The notes below the pieces were generated by a model. It did no database searches, was not told the DNA's origin, and saw only the letters and a list, made by a program, of their open reading frames with translations. Both the position numbers and the translations under genes were made by a program. Source: Thainema sp. (GTDB lineage Bacteria; Cyanobacteriota; Cyanobacteriia; Phormidesmidales; Phormidesmidaceae). From it: 47,999 nt of DNA. The stretch covers positions 1-47,999 of the forward strand of contig JBQLZK010000059.1 in NCBI GenBank assembly GCA_052168235.1. The letters run 5' to 3'. Below, in pieces: positions 28,347 through 40,434 of this stretch (position 1 is its first letter; each line of letters opens with the position of its first letter).

Positions 28347-28616
28347 ACTTGGGGTAAGATGCTGGTCAACTTATTAATAGTTTTTAAAAGTCACATCAAG
28401 TCCGCGTATAAGAACTCAATTTAATTTTTCATAAAGCGCTTGCAGGGCAGTCGTTTCACGAAAAATGAATCACGGGTTTTCAACCGGACTTTATATTAAT
28501 CGAGGAAATCAGGTTGTGAAGCGTGCGTTCGGCTTTGCCGTCTCGTAGAGAATCGCACTTTAACCAACCCAGCTTTTAACCTTGATGACTGTTGGTACAA
28601 CCGCATTCACAACTGC

Positions 28617-29156
28617 ATGAAGATTGAAGAACTAGCGCGACGGTACGCTGAGGGCGAACGAGACTTTCGCGGAGTGGACTTAACCGGAGCCGATCTGCGA
28701 CGGCTTGACCTCTACGGTATTGCCCTCAGTCACGCCTGTCTGCGGCGGGCTTGCCTCACGGATACGGATTTACGCAATGCCGATCTGAGTAATGCCGACC
28801 TTTCTGAAGCGCGGATGGTTGGGGCTTCTCTAGTACAGGCTAACCTGAGCGGAGCTGATTTAAGTGGAGCCGAACTGAGATCAGCAGACTGCTTTCAAGC
28901 CAATTTCAGCGACACGATCTTAGACAATGCTGATTTCTATGAAGCGGATTTGCGAGAAGCACAGCTGATTGCGGCCCAGCTAACTGCGGCCGATTTAGAT
29001 AAAGCCGATCTGCGCCACGCCAATCTAGACCAAGCCAATTTGCAGCGTGCCATTCTCTACTCAGCCAATCTTCAAGAAGCCCGACTAAACGGCGTCAGCC
29101 TCGACGCAGCCTATTTACGCAATACAATTTTGCCCAACGGCAAACTATATCGCTAG
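28617..29156 (+). CDS. Pentapeptide repeat protein
   Basis: RYAEGERDF cap followed by A(D/N)Lxx repeats. Confidence 0.92.
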   Translation: MKIEELARRYAEGERDFRGVDLTGADLRRLDLYGIALSHACLRRACLTDTDLRNADLSNADLSEARMVGASLVQANLSGADLSGAELRSADCFQANFSDTILDNADFYEADLREAQLIAAQLTAADLDKADLRHANLDQANLQRAILYSANLQEARLNGVSLDAAYLRNTILPNGKLYR

Positions 29157-29173
29157 ATTCAGTCTACAAATTG

Positions 29174-29239
29174 GTAAGGGCGGGTTTAGCCATTAACTTA
29201 CGGCTTTAAACAAAATTGAGCAACAAAACCCGCCCCTAC
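29174..29239. repeat. GTAG-type REP/SDR element
   Basis: GTAAGGGCGGGTTT...AAACCCGCCCCTAC between convergent genes. Confidence 0.75.
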
Positions 29240-29262
29240 GCAATGTCTAACGGCAGGATAAT

Positions 29263-30754
<1,492 letters not shown>

Positions 30755-31139
30755 TTGAAGTCAAATTTTATCACCGTCGCCGATGTCTCGCAGCAGGCGT
30801 GGCGAAAGTTGTTGCTTCGTGTCGAACTGTAAAGGGAGGTGACGCAAACGTTACGGAGGATGCAGCAGATGTGTTTGAGGGGACGGGGGTTTGGTTTAAT
30901 CAGTGAGAAGTGGGAGGGTAGGAGGGTAGAAAAGTGGGTGAGGGGCTATAGAGGGAATTAGGAAAAGGGGCGTAGGGTGCGGTTAGCGTAGCGTAATGCA
31001 CCGAATCTAGAAGGAAAAAAAGTGAAGCAAGAGGAGTAAAGAGATGGATTGGGTGATTACTGAGATCGTGAAGCTTTTGCTAGCGGATTGGGTCTGAGTT
31101 GCAGTAAGTTGAACGTTGAAGTGGGGACGGAGTAAATCT

Positions 31140-32183
31140 ATGCTAATGCTGATTATTGGGTTGGTTGCGGGGCTGATCGTGGGTGCGATCGCAATGTATT
31201 TTTATCTTCAGTCCACGATTGCGCGGCAGAGTAATGAGCTAGATCAGAGCCGTCGCCAAATTAATCAGCTAGAGCAGGAGCGAGAGCAGCGGTTGCGGGA
31301 GGCAACGCAGCGGTTGCAGCAGGACTATCGCCAGGAAATGAGCGAAAAAACTCAGGCGCTGGAACAGCAGGTGCAGACCTATCGGACTGAGGCAGAGTCG
31401 GCTAATGCTCAACTGGCGACGTTGCGATCGCAGGTGCAGGCTTATGAAACGGAACTGAATTCGTCGCGATCGCAGTTGCAGGCAAGTCGCGATCGCATTC
31501 AGCAGCTTGAACAGCTTGAGCCGCAGGCTATGCAACCTACAAGCCAACCAATGCCGTTCACCTCGGCGGCGCAGGAAAGCCAGCCTGTTGCTGCTCCGGT
31601 GCCCGACTCGACGGCATCACCAATCACGGGCAATATGCCGCCTGCTTCCGTGGATTTGTCCTCCCCTGAAGAAACGGTTCATGCGCCAGATATTGCATCA
31701 GAACCGCCAGCCCAATCGGTTCCTCCCGTCGCAACTTCGCCAAAAACCGCGCCCACGATGCGGACGGCTACGCCCAATTTGGATTTAACCGACGCGGTGA
31801 ATGCATTGGCGATTCGAGGCACAGCGTCTCTGCCAGAATTGGCAGCCTATTCGATTCAAACTGATCCGCATATTCGCAAACTGGCGGCCACTGCCATCGG
31901 CCAAGCGGTGGCGGGGCGTCAACAGCCGGGGACGCAGCAGGCAATTCTTACGCTGGATCGCTTGCGGCAGGATGCTGACCCCACTGTGCGTCAGGCTGCC
32001 GTGGAAGCGCTCAGCCGCATTCAGTCTGACAAAGTGATTCCCCTACTGCGCAAATCGCTGCGCGATTCGGATTTGGACGTAGTGCAGACAGCCAGTGCAG
32101 CGGTGAATCAGTTTAAGTTCTATCCCAAGAAAGTCCAGTTCAAGACGAAGTCGCCCAAGTCAGCGAACAAGCCCAAGTACTAA
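31140..32183 (+). CDS. Membrane-anchored coiled-coil protein with C-terminal HEAT repeats
   Basis: N-terminal TM helix, Q/E-rich coiled coil, Pro-rich linker, DADPTVRQAAVEAL and DSDLDVVQTA repeats. Confidence 0.85.
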   Translation: MLMLIIGLVAGLIVGAIAMYFYLQSTIARQSNELDQSRRQINQLEQEREQRLREATQRLQQDYRQEMSEKTQALEQQVQTYRTEAESANAQLATLRSQVQAYETELNSSRSQLQASRDRIQQLEQLEPQAMQPTSQPMPFTSAAQESQPVAAPVPDSTASPITGNMPPASVDLSSPEETVHAPDIASEPPAQSVPPVATSPKTAPTMRTATPNLDLTDAVNALAIRGTASLPELAAYSIQTDPHIRKLAATAIGQAVAGRQQPGTQQAILTLDRLRQDADPTVRQAAVEALSRIQSDKVIPLLRKSLRDSDLDVVQTASAAVNQFKFYPKKVQFKTKSPKSANKPKY

Positions 32184-32215
32184 ACTAAGCCAATAATTTA
32201 ATACTGCTAATTTAA

Positions 32216-32305
32216 TAGACTTTATTTCCAATAAAGTTTTTGGGGTCGGAAATTGTTTTGTAGTGCAGCTCCGCCGCGCTACAAAACAATTTCCGATAAG
32301 GTCTA
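32216..32305. mobile_element. 90-bp MITE family A, copy 2
   Basis: TAGACTTTAT...ATAAGGTCTA; central loop inverted relative to copy 1. Confidence 0.85.
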
Positions 32306-32369
32306 ATACTGCAAAGCTGACAGTGTAGCCATGTCATACTGCCAGCTTTGCAGCAAGTTCAATGTTGGA

Positions 32370-32435
32370 TAGGGGGCGGGTTTAGTAGACCAATCTGCTC
32401 CTGGTCATAGAGTTGACGGCAAAATCCGCCTGTAC
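32370..32435. repeat. GTAG-type REP/SDR element (reverse complement of the 16480 copy)
   Basis: Shared core TTTAGTAGACCAATCTGCTCC..GTCATAGAGTTGACGGCAAAA. Confidence 0.8.
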
Positions 32436-32644
32436 ACCTGTACAGTTTAAGGAAGATGGGAGACTTCCTACCCCGTTACAACTTTAAGCGGTATGTTAGG
32501 ATGAATAGCCTCAACTCTAGTCTGTTGTGGCGCGTTGGAGCTTGTTTATTCAAGCCATCCGATACAAATGATCAACTTACTGCTCTTAAGACTGGCCCCA
32601 GCGTTTCATTTGGGGTAGGGGCACATCTAGGAGCAAGCTAATTC

Positions 32645-33928
32645 ATGACTTTTCAAACTCTCGGTCTCTCGACCGAACTGCTGCGTGCTGTTGCCGATCA
32701 GGGTTACACCACACCTACACCCATTCAGCAGCAGGCCATTCCCCATGTGTTGCAGGGACAGGATGTGTTTGCCAGTGCCCAAACGGGAACGGGTAAAACC
32801 GCCAGCTTTACGCTGCCGCTGCTGCAACGCCTGAGCGCCGCCTATCCCGGTAAAAGGCAACGCAGCCCACGAGCGCTGATTCTGGCTCCGACTCGCGAAC
32901 TTGCCGTTCAGGTCAGCGAGAGCGTGAACACCTACGGCAAACACCTAGCGCTCAAGCCAGCGGTGATCTATGGCGGTGTCAGCATTGGGCCGCAAATTAA
33001 AGTCCTGAAGCAGGGCGTGGATATTGTGATTGCCACTCCAGGCCGCCTGCTGGATCACGTGATGCAAAAAACGATTGATCTCTCGCAAATCGAGATTCTG
33101 GTCTTGGATGAGTGCGATCGCATGTTGGATATGGGCTTTATCCACGACATTCGCAAAATCCTGGCGAAGGTGCCCGCTTCCCGGCAGACGCTGATGTTCT
33201 CGGCTACTTTTTCTGCCGCGATTCGGAAGTTGGCGAGTACCCTGCTGAACGAACCCGTGCAAATTGAAGTGGCACCCCGCAACACTACCGCTGAACATAT
33301 TGAACAGATTGTGCATCCCGTGGATCGCGATCGCAAGCGGGAGTTACTGTCCTATCTGATTGGCTTCAACAATTGGCGACAGGTGCTGGTCTTTACCCGC
33401 ACGAAACACGGCGCGAATCGTTTAGCCGATCAGCTGGCGAAAGACGGACTGAAAACCGCCGCCATTCACGGCAACAAAAGTCAGGCCGCTCGGACTCGTG
33501 CCCTGAAGGATTTCAAGCAGGGCAAAGTGCGCGTCCTCGTCGCCACAGATGTGGCTTCACGCGGATTAGACATTGACCAACTGCCCCACGTGGTGAATTT
33601 TGAGCTGCCCCATGTGGCCGAAGACTATGTGCATCGCATTGGTCGCACTGGCCGAGCCGGGAATGAGGGACGAGCCGTTTCGCTGGTGTCCACGGATGAA
33701 CATTCCCTGTTGAAAGGGATTGAGCAGCTGCTGAAGCGCAGCCTCGACAAAGATGTCATTCCGGGATACGAGCCAACTGCCGTTCGGACTACTGCTGTGC
33801 CCAAACCTGAGCAGCGGCGATCGAAGCAGCGCCGTGGTCGTCCAGACTCAGCCCACTCTCAAACCCCGTCCCGCAAAAAGTCCAATGCGCCTCGCAACGG
33901 GAAACGGAAAGGAATTCGCACGGCTTAG
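32645..33928 (+). CDS. DEAD-box RNA helicase (RhlE/CrhC-like)
   Basis: Q motif, [31 protein letters not shown], basic C-terminal tail. Confidence 0.96.
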   Translation: MTFQTLGLSTELLRAVADQGYTTPTPIQQQAIPHVLQGQDVFASAQTGTGKTASFTLPLLQRLSAAYPGKRQRSPRALILAPTRELAVQVSESVNTYGKHLALKPAVIYGGVSIGPQIKVLKQGVDIVIATPGRLLDHVMQKTIDLSQIEILVLDECDRMLDMGFIHDIRKILAKVPASRQTLMFSATFSAAIRKLASTLLNEPVQIEVAPRNTTAEHIEQIVHPVDRDRKRELLSYLIGFNNWRQVLVFTRTKHGANRLADQLAKDGLKTAAIHGNKSQAARTRALKDFKQGKVRVLVATDVASRGLDIDQLPHVVNFELPHVAEDYVHRIGRTGRAGNEGRAVSLVSTDEHSLLKGIEQLLKRSLDKDVIPGYEPTAVRTTAVPKPEQRRSKQRRGRPDSAHSQTPSRKKSNAPRNGKRKGIRTA

Positions 33929-33955
33929 AGTATTCCATCTAAATATCCCAGATTA

Positions 33956-34055
33956 GCCCTCTTCCCCCAACCCCTACTCCCAAAATGGGAGCAGGGAAGA
34001 GCCGGAAATTCAAAGTCCCTCTCCCAAGCTTGGGAGAGGGATTTAGGGAGAGGGC
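33956..34055. repeat. Short dispersed repeat, copy 2
   Basis: GCCCTC..CCCTCTCCC..GGGAGAGGGATTTAGGGAGAGGGC. Confidence 0.85.
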
Positions 34056-34115
34056 AGGATTGGAATACCGGGGTACTTTTTAAGTTGAACTGCGCTTAAG
34101 TGCAAAACTTGAACG

Positions 34116-34358
34116 CTAACCACCACCAACGATGGTGACAACTTCGAGCTGATCGCCAGGTTCCATCACTGTGGACTCCCAGAACTGGCGATGCAAAATT
34201 TCACCGTTGTATTCCACGGCGACCAAGCGAGGATTCATGCCCTGCTGCTGGAGAAAATCCGGTAGCAGGGTATTTGGTGGACAGGTCTGCGGTTTGCCGT
34301 TCACCTGTACGTTGACCTGAGCCGTGGAATCAGCCGAAAAATTGGCAGCGTGCGACAT
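34116..34358 (-). CDS. thiS: Sulfur carrier protein ThiS
   Basis: VNG..VAVEYNGEIL..GDQLEVVTIVGGG C-terminus; lies downstream of thiE. Confidence 0.95.
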   Translation of the reverse strand: MSHAANFSADSTAQVNVQVNGKPQTCPPNTLLPDFLQQQGMNPRLVAVEYNGEILHRQFWESTVMEPGDQLEVVTIVGGG

Positions 34359-34387
34359 GATGATCTTCAGTACGTGAGCAATAAACT

Positions 34388-34415
34388 GTAGGGGCCAATG
34401 GCCATTGGCCCCTAC
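34388..34415. repeat. GTAG-REP perfect palindrome
   Basis: GTAGGGGCCAATGG|CCATTGGCCCCTAC. Confidence 0.75.
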
Positions 34416-34429
34416 GTAACGTCAAAAGA

Positions 34430-35554
34430 CTACTCTGAGATTTTATAAGCTTTGGTGTTCGCTAGTTGGGTAACGAAAAACTGGGTCATCAGCGTGGGCT
34501 GATCGGCAGCCATGATGGCGCGGACAACGGCAACGCGATCGCAACCCGCTTCGATTACCTGACCGAGATTATCGGCATCAATGCCACCAATCGCAAACCA
34601 GGGCACCGTCGCATGAGCAGCGGCATGGCGAACGTAGTCCAGACCCGCAGCCGCTTTATTCGGTTTGGTCGGTGTGGCATAGACCGGGCCAACGCCAATG
34701 TAATCTGCTCCTTCTGCGATCGCACGTGACATCTCATCGGGATTTGTCGTCGAGCGACCAATAATCCGATTTGTACCCAATAGCTGCCGCGCGGTGGCAA
34801 TCGGCATATCCTGCTGACCCAGGTGAACACCATCGGCATTCACAGCTAGAGCAATGTCTACCCGATCATTGACGATAAATAACGCGCCGTAGCGATGGCA
34901 GAGGTCACAGAGCTTTTGCGCCAGCGGAATGCGATCGCAATCGTCCTGCTGCTTTTCGCGGTACTGGACAATGTGTAGACCACCTTTGAGGGCCGCTTCC
35001 ACAATTTCTAAAATGCGATCGCTGGGGGAAGTGACCAAGTAACAGCGGGCTTGCAGCAGCTTGCGGTGGCGCTGCTGGCCAATCAAATCACTTTCCAGCG
35101 TATAAACCTGATAGCGCAGTTGCTTACAGGCCGCGGCCATCTCTGGATGGTGGACTTTGCCGTATTCCTCTAGCACCCGCAGCGCTTCTTCGGTGCGGCA
35201 GAAATTGGCCTGCAACACGTCTTGGATGTTAGACCGCTGGGCTTCACGGGCGTGGGTCAGCTCCGTACCCGGATCTTCCGGCGTGTCGCGAGCGGCTCGA
35301 ATTTCAGGAGTATGCCACTGGGCCAGCTGCTGCCGCCAGTCTTTGCAGCGGCGCGTTAGCTCAACGTCATTCAAGCTAAAGCGACACCACTCTTCAATGA
35401 TGCGTAACCCTTCCCGCGCCCGATCCAAATTAGCGTCCAGAATGCGGTAGATCGACGCTTTGAAGATGTCGTTTTGCCCATTGCTCAACGTCTCGCTGGA
35501 CGGTAGCCCATTCTCGGCATGATTGTTCGGATGCAGTTGCTGTATATCGCCCAT
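34430..35554 (-). CDS. thiE: Thiamine-phosphate synthase (cyanobacterial type with N-terminal RILDANLDRAREGLR domain)
   Basis: QYREK, NDRVD, DGVHLGQQD, GRST, GPVYATPTK, AIGGI. Start placed at ATG 35554, although the frame stays open to 35962. Confidence 0.93.
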   Translation of the reverse strand: MGDIQQLHPNNHAENGLPSSETLSNGQNDIFKASIYRILDANLDRAREGLRIIEEWCRFSLNDVELTRRCKDWRQQLAQWHTPEIRAARDTPEDPGTELTHAREAQRSNIQDVLQANFCRTEEALRVLEEYGKVHHPEMAAACKQLRYQVYTLESDLIGQQRHRKLLQARCYLVTSPSDRILEIVEAALKGGLHIVQYREKQQDDCDRIPLAQKLCDLCHRYGALFIVNDRVDIALAVNADGVHLGQQDMPIATARQLLGTNRIIGRSTTNPDEMSRAIAEGADYIGVGPVYATPTKPNKAAAGLDYVRHAAAHATVPWFAIGGIDADNLGQVIEAGCDRVAVVRAIMAADQPTLMTQFFVTQLANTKAYKISE

Positions 35555-36023
35555 AGCCCTTACCACTGTTGCCTTTTCATCGTAGCGCGAGGGAGTAGTG
35601 GGTGAGGGGGTAGATGGGTGGATGGGTGGGAGGGTGGATGGGTTTTGAGAGTTGGATTTTGGGTGGTGAATAGGGGAGGGATACATCGTTGCTACTGGTT
35701 TTGTTGTGATTGGTTGTGGTTTGACTTGTGGCTTGGCAGATTTCTGGATAGTTGCGACGGGTTGTAGATCTGGTTTGGATTGAACGGATTTACGGGAGGC
35801 TGAGTGAGCAGCTACTTTTGTGACTGGCTTTGCTGGCGGTTGAGCTGTGGTCTTCGGCTTGCTCAGGCGAGATTTGCACGAGGACACGGTGGTCTGTATC
35901 CAGGCATTGATGTTCCAAATGGTCTGCCCCGTCATGCTCAACCTGCTCCAGAAGATTACCAACTTTGCTAAACGCTATTTCTCTCTAAGAACAACCTGCC
36001 CTGTAGGAGCGGTTTAACCATTC

Positions 36024-36090
36024 GTAGGGGCGGGTTTTGCCATCACCGTTTAAGTCTGAACCACAATTGATCAGCAAAACCCGCCCCTAC
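36024..36090. repeat. GTAG-type REP/SDR element
   Basis: GTAGGGGCGGGTTTTGC...GCAAAACCCGCCCCTAC, 17-bp perfect arms. Confidence 0.8.
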
Positions 36091-36466
36091 CTCTTCAAAC
36101 CAACAGAAACTTATCATTTGCTCATCTCGCGTTTCATATCTTATGTGTCCCGATGGAAAGGCATCGCTTTCAGGATTGGCTGTTGACAAAACTTATAACT
36201 TCACTGTGGATCTTTTGCGGGAGTTGCATTACAACTTTGAGCATTCTTGTCACATTTAGTGTCAGATCAGCCGAAACAAATCGGCGTGAATCGACATCCA
36301 GTGTGGCTAAACCGTCAAAACCTAAGCTTACATCTTGCACCAAAACCCAAAAGGGTTATTTTGTCGCCGCGACGCGGCGGCAAAATAACCTCTTCGGGTT
36401 CTCATAGTGCAAGGTGCAAGTAAGTGGAAATCACCACCGTGATCAAGGCTAAATGGGCGGAGTGAA

Positions 36467-36503
36467 TGTGAGGAGTCGGAGTTTCGAAGTGAGTGTGAGG
36501 AGT
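36467..36503 (+). promoter_or_regulatory. Two putative Yfr1 sRNA target sites at the RBS
   Basis: TGTGAGGAGT (36467-36476) and GTGTGAGGAGT (36493-36503) are complementary to the Yfr1 motif ACUCCUCACAC; the second ends 8 nt before ATG 36512. Confidence 0.7.
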
Positions 36504-36511
36504 CACAAAAT

Positions 36512-39500
36512 ATGAATTCGAGTCACCGATCGGCCATCGGCCAATCTGTCATCTGGCTAGCTGGCATGGCATTCTCTGTGGGTGTCGGCGAATCTGCGAT
36601 CGCGCAGGTGCCTGATTCATCCAATCCCCAGCCAGCTCCAGAACCAATTGCCAGTGCGCCGTCTGGTACGGAGAATACGGTTCACGCGGCCTCGAACGTG
36701 ACGGTGCTGCACGTAAATTCCGTTGCCGGACAGGATCAGTCAGGTTCCGGTGAATCGAATGCTCCTTTTCGCAGTCTGACTCATGCGCTCCAAATGGCTC
36801 AACCCAATACGGTGATTGTGTTAGCGCCCGGTACCTATAGTGCAAGTAACGGTGAGTCGTTTCCGATTCAGCTCAAATCTGGTGTGACGATTCAGGGCAA
36901 CCCCGCAAATTCCGGCCAGGATGTGATCATCAAAGGCGGCGGTCTGCATAGCAGCCCTGCGTTTGGCGAGCAAAATGTGACGCTGGTGGGAGCCGATCAG
37001 GCAGGTCTGACAGGCGTTACCGTCACGAACACCGATCCAAAGGGCTACGGCTTATGGATTGAATCCACTAGCCCAATCGTGGTCAACAATACCTTCCACG
37101 CCAACGGCTATGATGGCGTAGCGGTGGCAGGTCGCGCCAATCCCATGCTGCGCAGTAATCTATTTGCGGGCAACGGTGCCAGCGGCGTTTCCCTCTTCGG
37201 AGAAGCAGGCGGAACCCTACGCAACAATACGTTTGATAGCAACAGCTTTGGCGTGAATATTGCGCATCAAGCCCGACCGATTCTGGTGGGGAATCGAATT
37301 TTGCGGAACCGGGACGGCATTGTGGTGCAGGACGAAGCGCGTCCCGCCCTTCAGGTCAACATCATCGAAGGCCAAGAGCGTGATGGATTGGTCGCTAGAG
37401 CCAATGCTCAGCCCAATCTGGGCACACCGGATCAAGCAGGCGGCAACATCTTCCGCAGCAACGGTCGCTTAGACATCAACGCCGAGGCAGTGCAAACGCC
37501 GATTCCGGTTTATGGTAGCCAGTTTGAAGCCAGTGCAGCACGGGGCAAAATTGATGTCACGGGTGCGATCGCACTCAACGCCAACGCACCTGTCACACCG
37601 ACCAGCAATCCCTTCAACACCACGCTGGCGGAGATGAGCCGCACCAATCAGGTCAGCGTCACGCCGATTAATCCGGTCACTTCCAGTACCACGCTGCCTA
37701 ATTCCGCAGCGGCCAATGCGGTCACACCCAGTCCGACCTTACCTAGTACGACAGCATCGGCTAGCACAAGCACGACCCAGGCTGCTCCAGCATCTCAGGC
37801 GGGAACCAGCGGCGCGGCACCTCAAACTAGTCAAGCTCAAGCCAGCCGAACGCCGTCAGTGCCGCCAATCTCGACGATGGATGCTTGGATTCAAAATCCA
37901 TCCGCAGAACGTCCAGCAGCGGTCAGTGCAGCGCTCGAAACGGCTGCTAATGCCTCAGAACCTGTAGCAGAAGAGGCAGATACAGTAGCGGCTGAATCTG
38001 TTGGATCTAGTGAAGCAGAGCAGGTTGCGATCGCAGCTCCACCTCCACCTGCCACACCAACATCAGCAGTCGCTGAGGAAGCAGCACCAGCTAGCGCAGC
38101 ATCTCCCAGTGAAGCAGTAAATGAATCAGATAGCAGCTCAGACAGCAATCAGATCGCGATTCGCATCCCCACGCCGACCTTGCCAACGGTCAACTCAAGT
38201 CCTACGGTTGAACCTGCTGCACCTGATGCGACTGAAGCACCCGTAGAGCCAGAATCGGCTAGTGGCGATCAGGCAGCCACTTCTGAGCCAGCATCTGAAA
38301 CCACATCAGAAGAATCGTCTCCAGCCGCCGCTACGGTGGCAGAGACACCTAGAGGTGGAGCGGCATCCCGGCCACTGGTTACTGAAATTACGATTGAGCC
38401 AATCCTTGAGCCAGCCGCCGCCCAAGCAGCAGCAGCTAATCTGGAAGAGACGACAGATGAGCCAGTTGCTGTATCACCAACATCTGAAGATTCGGCAGTA
38501 GTAGCCGCAGACGTTGAAGCTGAACAGGCAGACCCCCAAGTAGCGGTTCGGCCAGCGGCTGAATCGGCCTCGGATTCATTGGTGACAGAGGTTGAATTTA
38601 CGGCACCATCGACCAGCAGCATTCGTGAAAGCGCAAGTGCATCTGAATCATCAGAGCCAGCGCCTACCCTGTCTGCTGCGCCAGCATCTACGCCTCCAAC
38701 CACAGCCGCCGATCTACAGTTGCCTGCTCAGCCGGTACCAGAGGTGAGTGCAGCGAGAACCAGTGTAGATACAGCTACCGCATCTGCTGAAGCGCCTGCT
38801 GAAGTACCTGCTGATGAAGCGGTCTCGACTGAGACTGAACCGGAAGCGACACCGCTACCCACGATTACATCACAGGTGACGGTAGCCGATTCCACCAGCG
38901 TGCCAGCGATTCAGGATGCTCCGGCTAATGCCTCGACAGCGCGATCGCAATCTCAACTGCCAGCCGCACCTGCTAATGCTCCAGTAATCAACAATGTGAA
39001 TAACGACACACTGGCATTGGTAACGCCTCCCCAAAATCTGACCAGCGACCAGCCTATCTCGATTCCCGTTCCGACTCCAGACACCGCTGGCAGTGGTGCT
39101 AATTTGTCTGACACTGCAACTCCAGCGGGCTGGCCTTCGCTCCTGCATGACCGCCAAACAGCGAACGCTCGTCGTTCAGACAATCTAGCGGCAGTCATTT
39201 CTAGTGATACGTCTGAAACGACATCTGAAGCGACAACAGACACTCCAGCGGCAAGCTCGGCTGAAGCACCCTCGGCTGAAGCCGTAACTGAATTAACGAT
39301 AGAACCAGCAGCCGCACCAGAAACCATTGCAGCAGCTCCGGCTGAAACGGTGCGTTCTCTAGAGTTCAGCATTGATGCTGTGCAGGATATTGTTCCTGAA
39401 AACAGCCAGCAGACGATGCCAGAAGCGACTGAGGTTGTCGATGAAGACAGCTCATCTGTGGAGACAACAGCAGCGGAGACAACAGAAGCAGCCAGCCGCA

Positions 39501-40417
39501 CCAGTGTTAGCCGCGATCACAGCGATTTAGCGACCGCGATCGCAGATCGACCCTTTGCCCTGCGATCGCATTCCAATGATCAACGTTCAGCCGAACCAAC
39601 CAACGCAAGTCGCGATGTTGCAAGCCGCGATACGGAGCGCGAGTTCACCATCGCCGCCAGATCTGACGCAGACACAACGATCAGGGACGTAACCGACACC
39701 GATGCAGCAACGCCTGAGCCTGTAGATGACGCTGATGCAGTACGGGAATTTGAATTTACGGCTCCGACTGCATCGCCTAACGCACCCAGTGTCTCAACAC
39801 CAGCGCCCAGTGCAGCAACCTCTAGTACCGCTACCCGTCGTGAGCCAACGTTGCCGCGTCTGCCCTCGCGTGCGACTCGTGAGCAGGTATTGGCCATGAC
39901 CAGCAATGCTTCAGGCGCAACAGGTTCGCTCGTGAGTGCGCTGGCCACTCGTTCAACGACAGGCACGGAAACCAGCGCAATTTCGATTCCAGTTTCACCC
40001 GCAGGGGGCGCAGCTCCAGGCACAACCAGCACTGTACCCAACGGAGAGGCAGAGCAAATTGCCCGTGCGATCGCAGAAGCTGAAGAAAATGCACTGCCTG
40101 TCCCCAGCATCAATATTCCTCTAGCCCGCAGCAGCGTTCCTGCCGTCAACGTCTCGCCGAATGCCACCCGCAGCCCCATTGATCCGCCGCCACCACCCAC
40201 GCGGGCATCAAGCCTTGGTCTCGGCTATCGGCTGATTGTGGATGCACCCAGCACCGCTGAGCAAGAACGGCTCAAGCAGCATGTCCGCGACGCATTCCGG
40301 GTTCAGTACAACGGTCGGTCAATGATGCAGGCGGGCGCATTCCGCGATCGCACAGAGGCGACTGCCATCATGCAAATGTTGCAGGAAAGCGGATTTAGCG
40401 TCATCCTAGCAGAGTAA
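36512..40417 (+). CDS. Large exported DUF1565 beta-helix protein with A/S/T/P/E-rich linker and C-terminal SPOR-like domain
   Basis: Signal peptide (AIA-Q); LHVN..G.D..G....PFRSLTHAL..LAPGTYS..GESFP; beta-helix repeats; C-terminal YRLIV..DAFR...MQAGAFRDRTEA. Confidence 0.88.
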   Translation: MNSSHRSAIGQSVIWLAGMAFSVGVGESAIAQVPDSSNPQPAPEPIASAPSGTENTVHAASNVTVLHVNSVAGQDQSGSGESNAPFRSLTHALQMAQPNTVIVLAPGTYSASNGESFPIQLKSGVTIQGNPANSGQDVIIKGGGLHSSPAFGEQNVTLVGADQAGLTGVTVTNTDPKGYGLWIESTSPIVVNNTFHANGYDGVAVAGRANPMLRSNLFAGNGASGVSLFGEAGGTLRNNTFDSNSFGVNIAHQARPILVGNRILRNRDGIVVQDEARPALQVNIIEGQERDGLVARANAQPNLGTPDQAGGNIFRSNGRLDINAEAVQTPIPVYGSQFEASAARGKIDVTGAIALNANAPVTPTSNPFNTTLAEMSRTNQVSVTPINPVTSSTTLPNSAAANAVTPSPTLPSTTASASTSTTQAAPASQAGTSGAAPQTSQAQASRTPSVPPISTMDAWIQNPSAERPAAVSAALETAANASEPVAEEADTVAAESVGSSEAEQVAIAAPPPPATPTSAVAEEAAPASAASPSEAVNESDSSSDSNQIAIRIPTPTLPTVNSSPTVEPAAPDATEAPVEPESASGDQAATSEPASETTSEESSPAAATVAETPRGGAASRPLVTEITIEPILEPAAAQAAAANLEETTDEPVAVSPTSEDSAVVAADVEAEQADPQVAVRPAAESASDSLVTEVEFTAPSTSSIRESASASESSEPAPTLSAAPASTPPTTAADLQLPAQPVPEVSAARTSVDTATASAEAPAEVPADEAVSTETEPEATPLPTITSQVTVADSTSVPAIQDAPANASTARSQSQLPAAPANAPVINNVNNDTLALVTPPQNLTSDQPISIPVPTPDTAGSGANLSDTATPAGWPSLLHDRQTANARRSDNLAAVISSDTSETTSEATTDTPAASSAEAPSAEAVTELTIEPAAAPETIAAAPAETVRSLEFSIDAVQDIVPENSQQTMPEATEVVDEDSSSVETTAAETTEAASRTSVSRDHSDLATAIADRPFALRSHSNDQRSAEPTNASRDVASRDTEREFTIAARSDADTTIRDVTDTDAATPEPVDDADAVREFEFTAPTASPNAPSVSTPAPSAATSSTATRREPTLPRLPSRATREQVLAMTSNASGATGSLVSALATRSTTGTETSAISIPVSPAGGAAPGTTSTVPNGEAEQIARAIAEAEENALPVPSINIPLARSSVPAVNVSPNATRSPIDPPPPPTRASSLGLGYRLIVDAPSTAEQERLKQHVRDAFRVQYNGRSMMQAGAFRDRTEATAIMQMLQESGFSVILAE

Positions 40418-40434
40418 GCATCGTTGCTAGACCG

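Noticed and set aside
37891..40200. Long antisense ORFs (up to 206 aa) within the 1301-aa gene
   Set aside because: Shadow ORFs arising from low-complexity A/S/T/P codons; the same applies to antisense ORFs over the phosphomannomutase, sqr and thiC genes.
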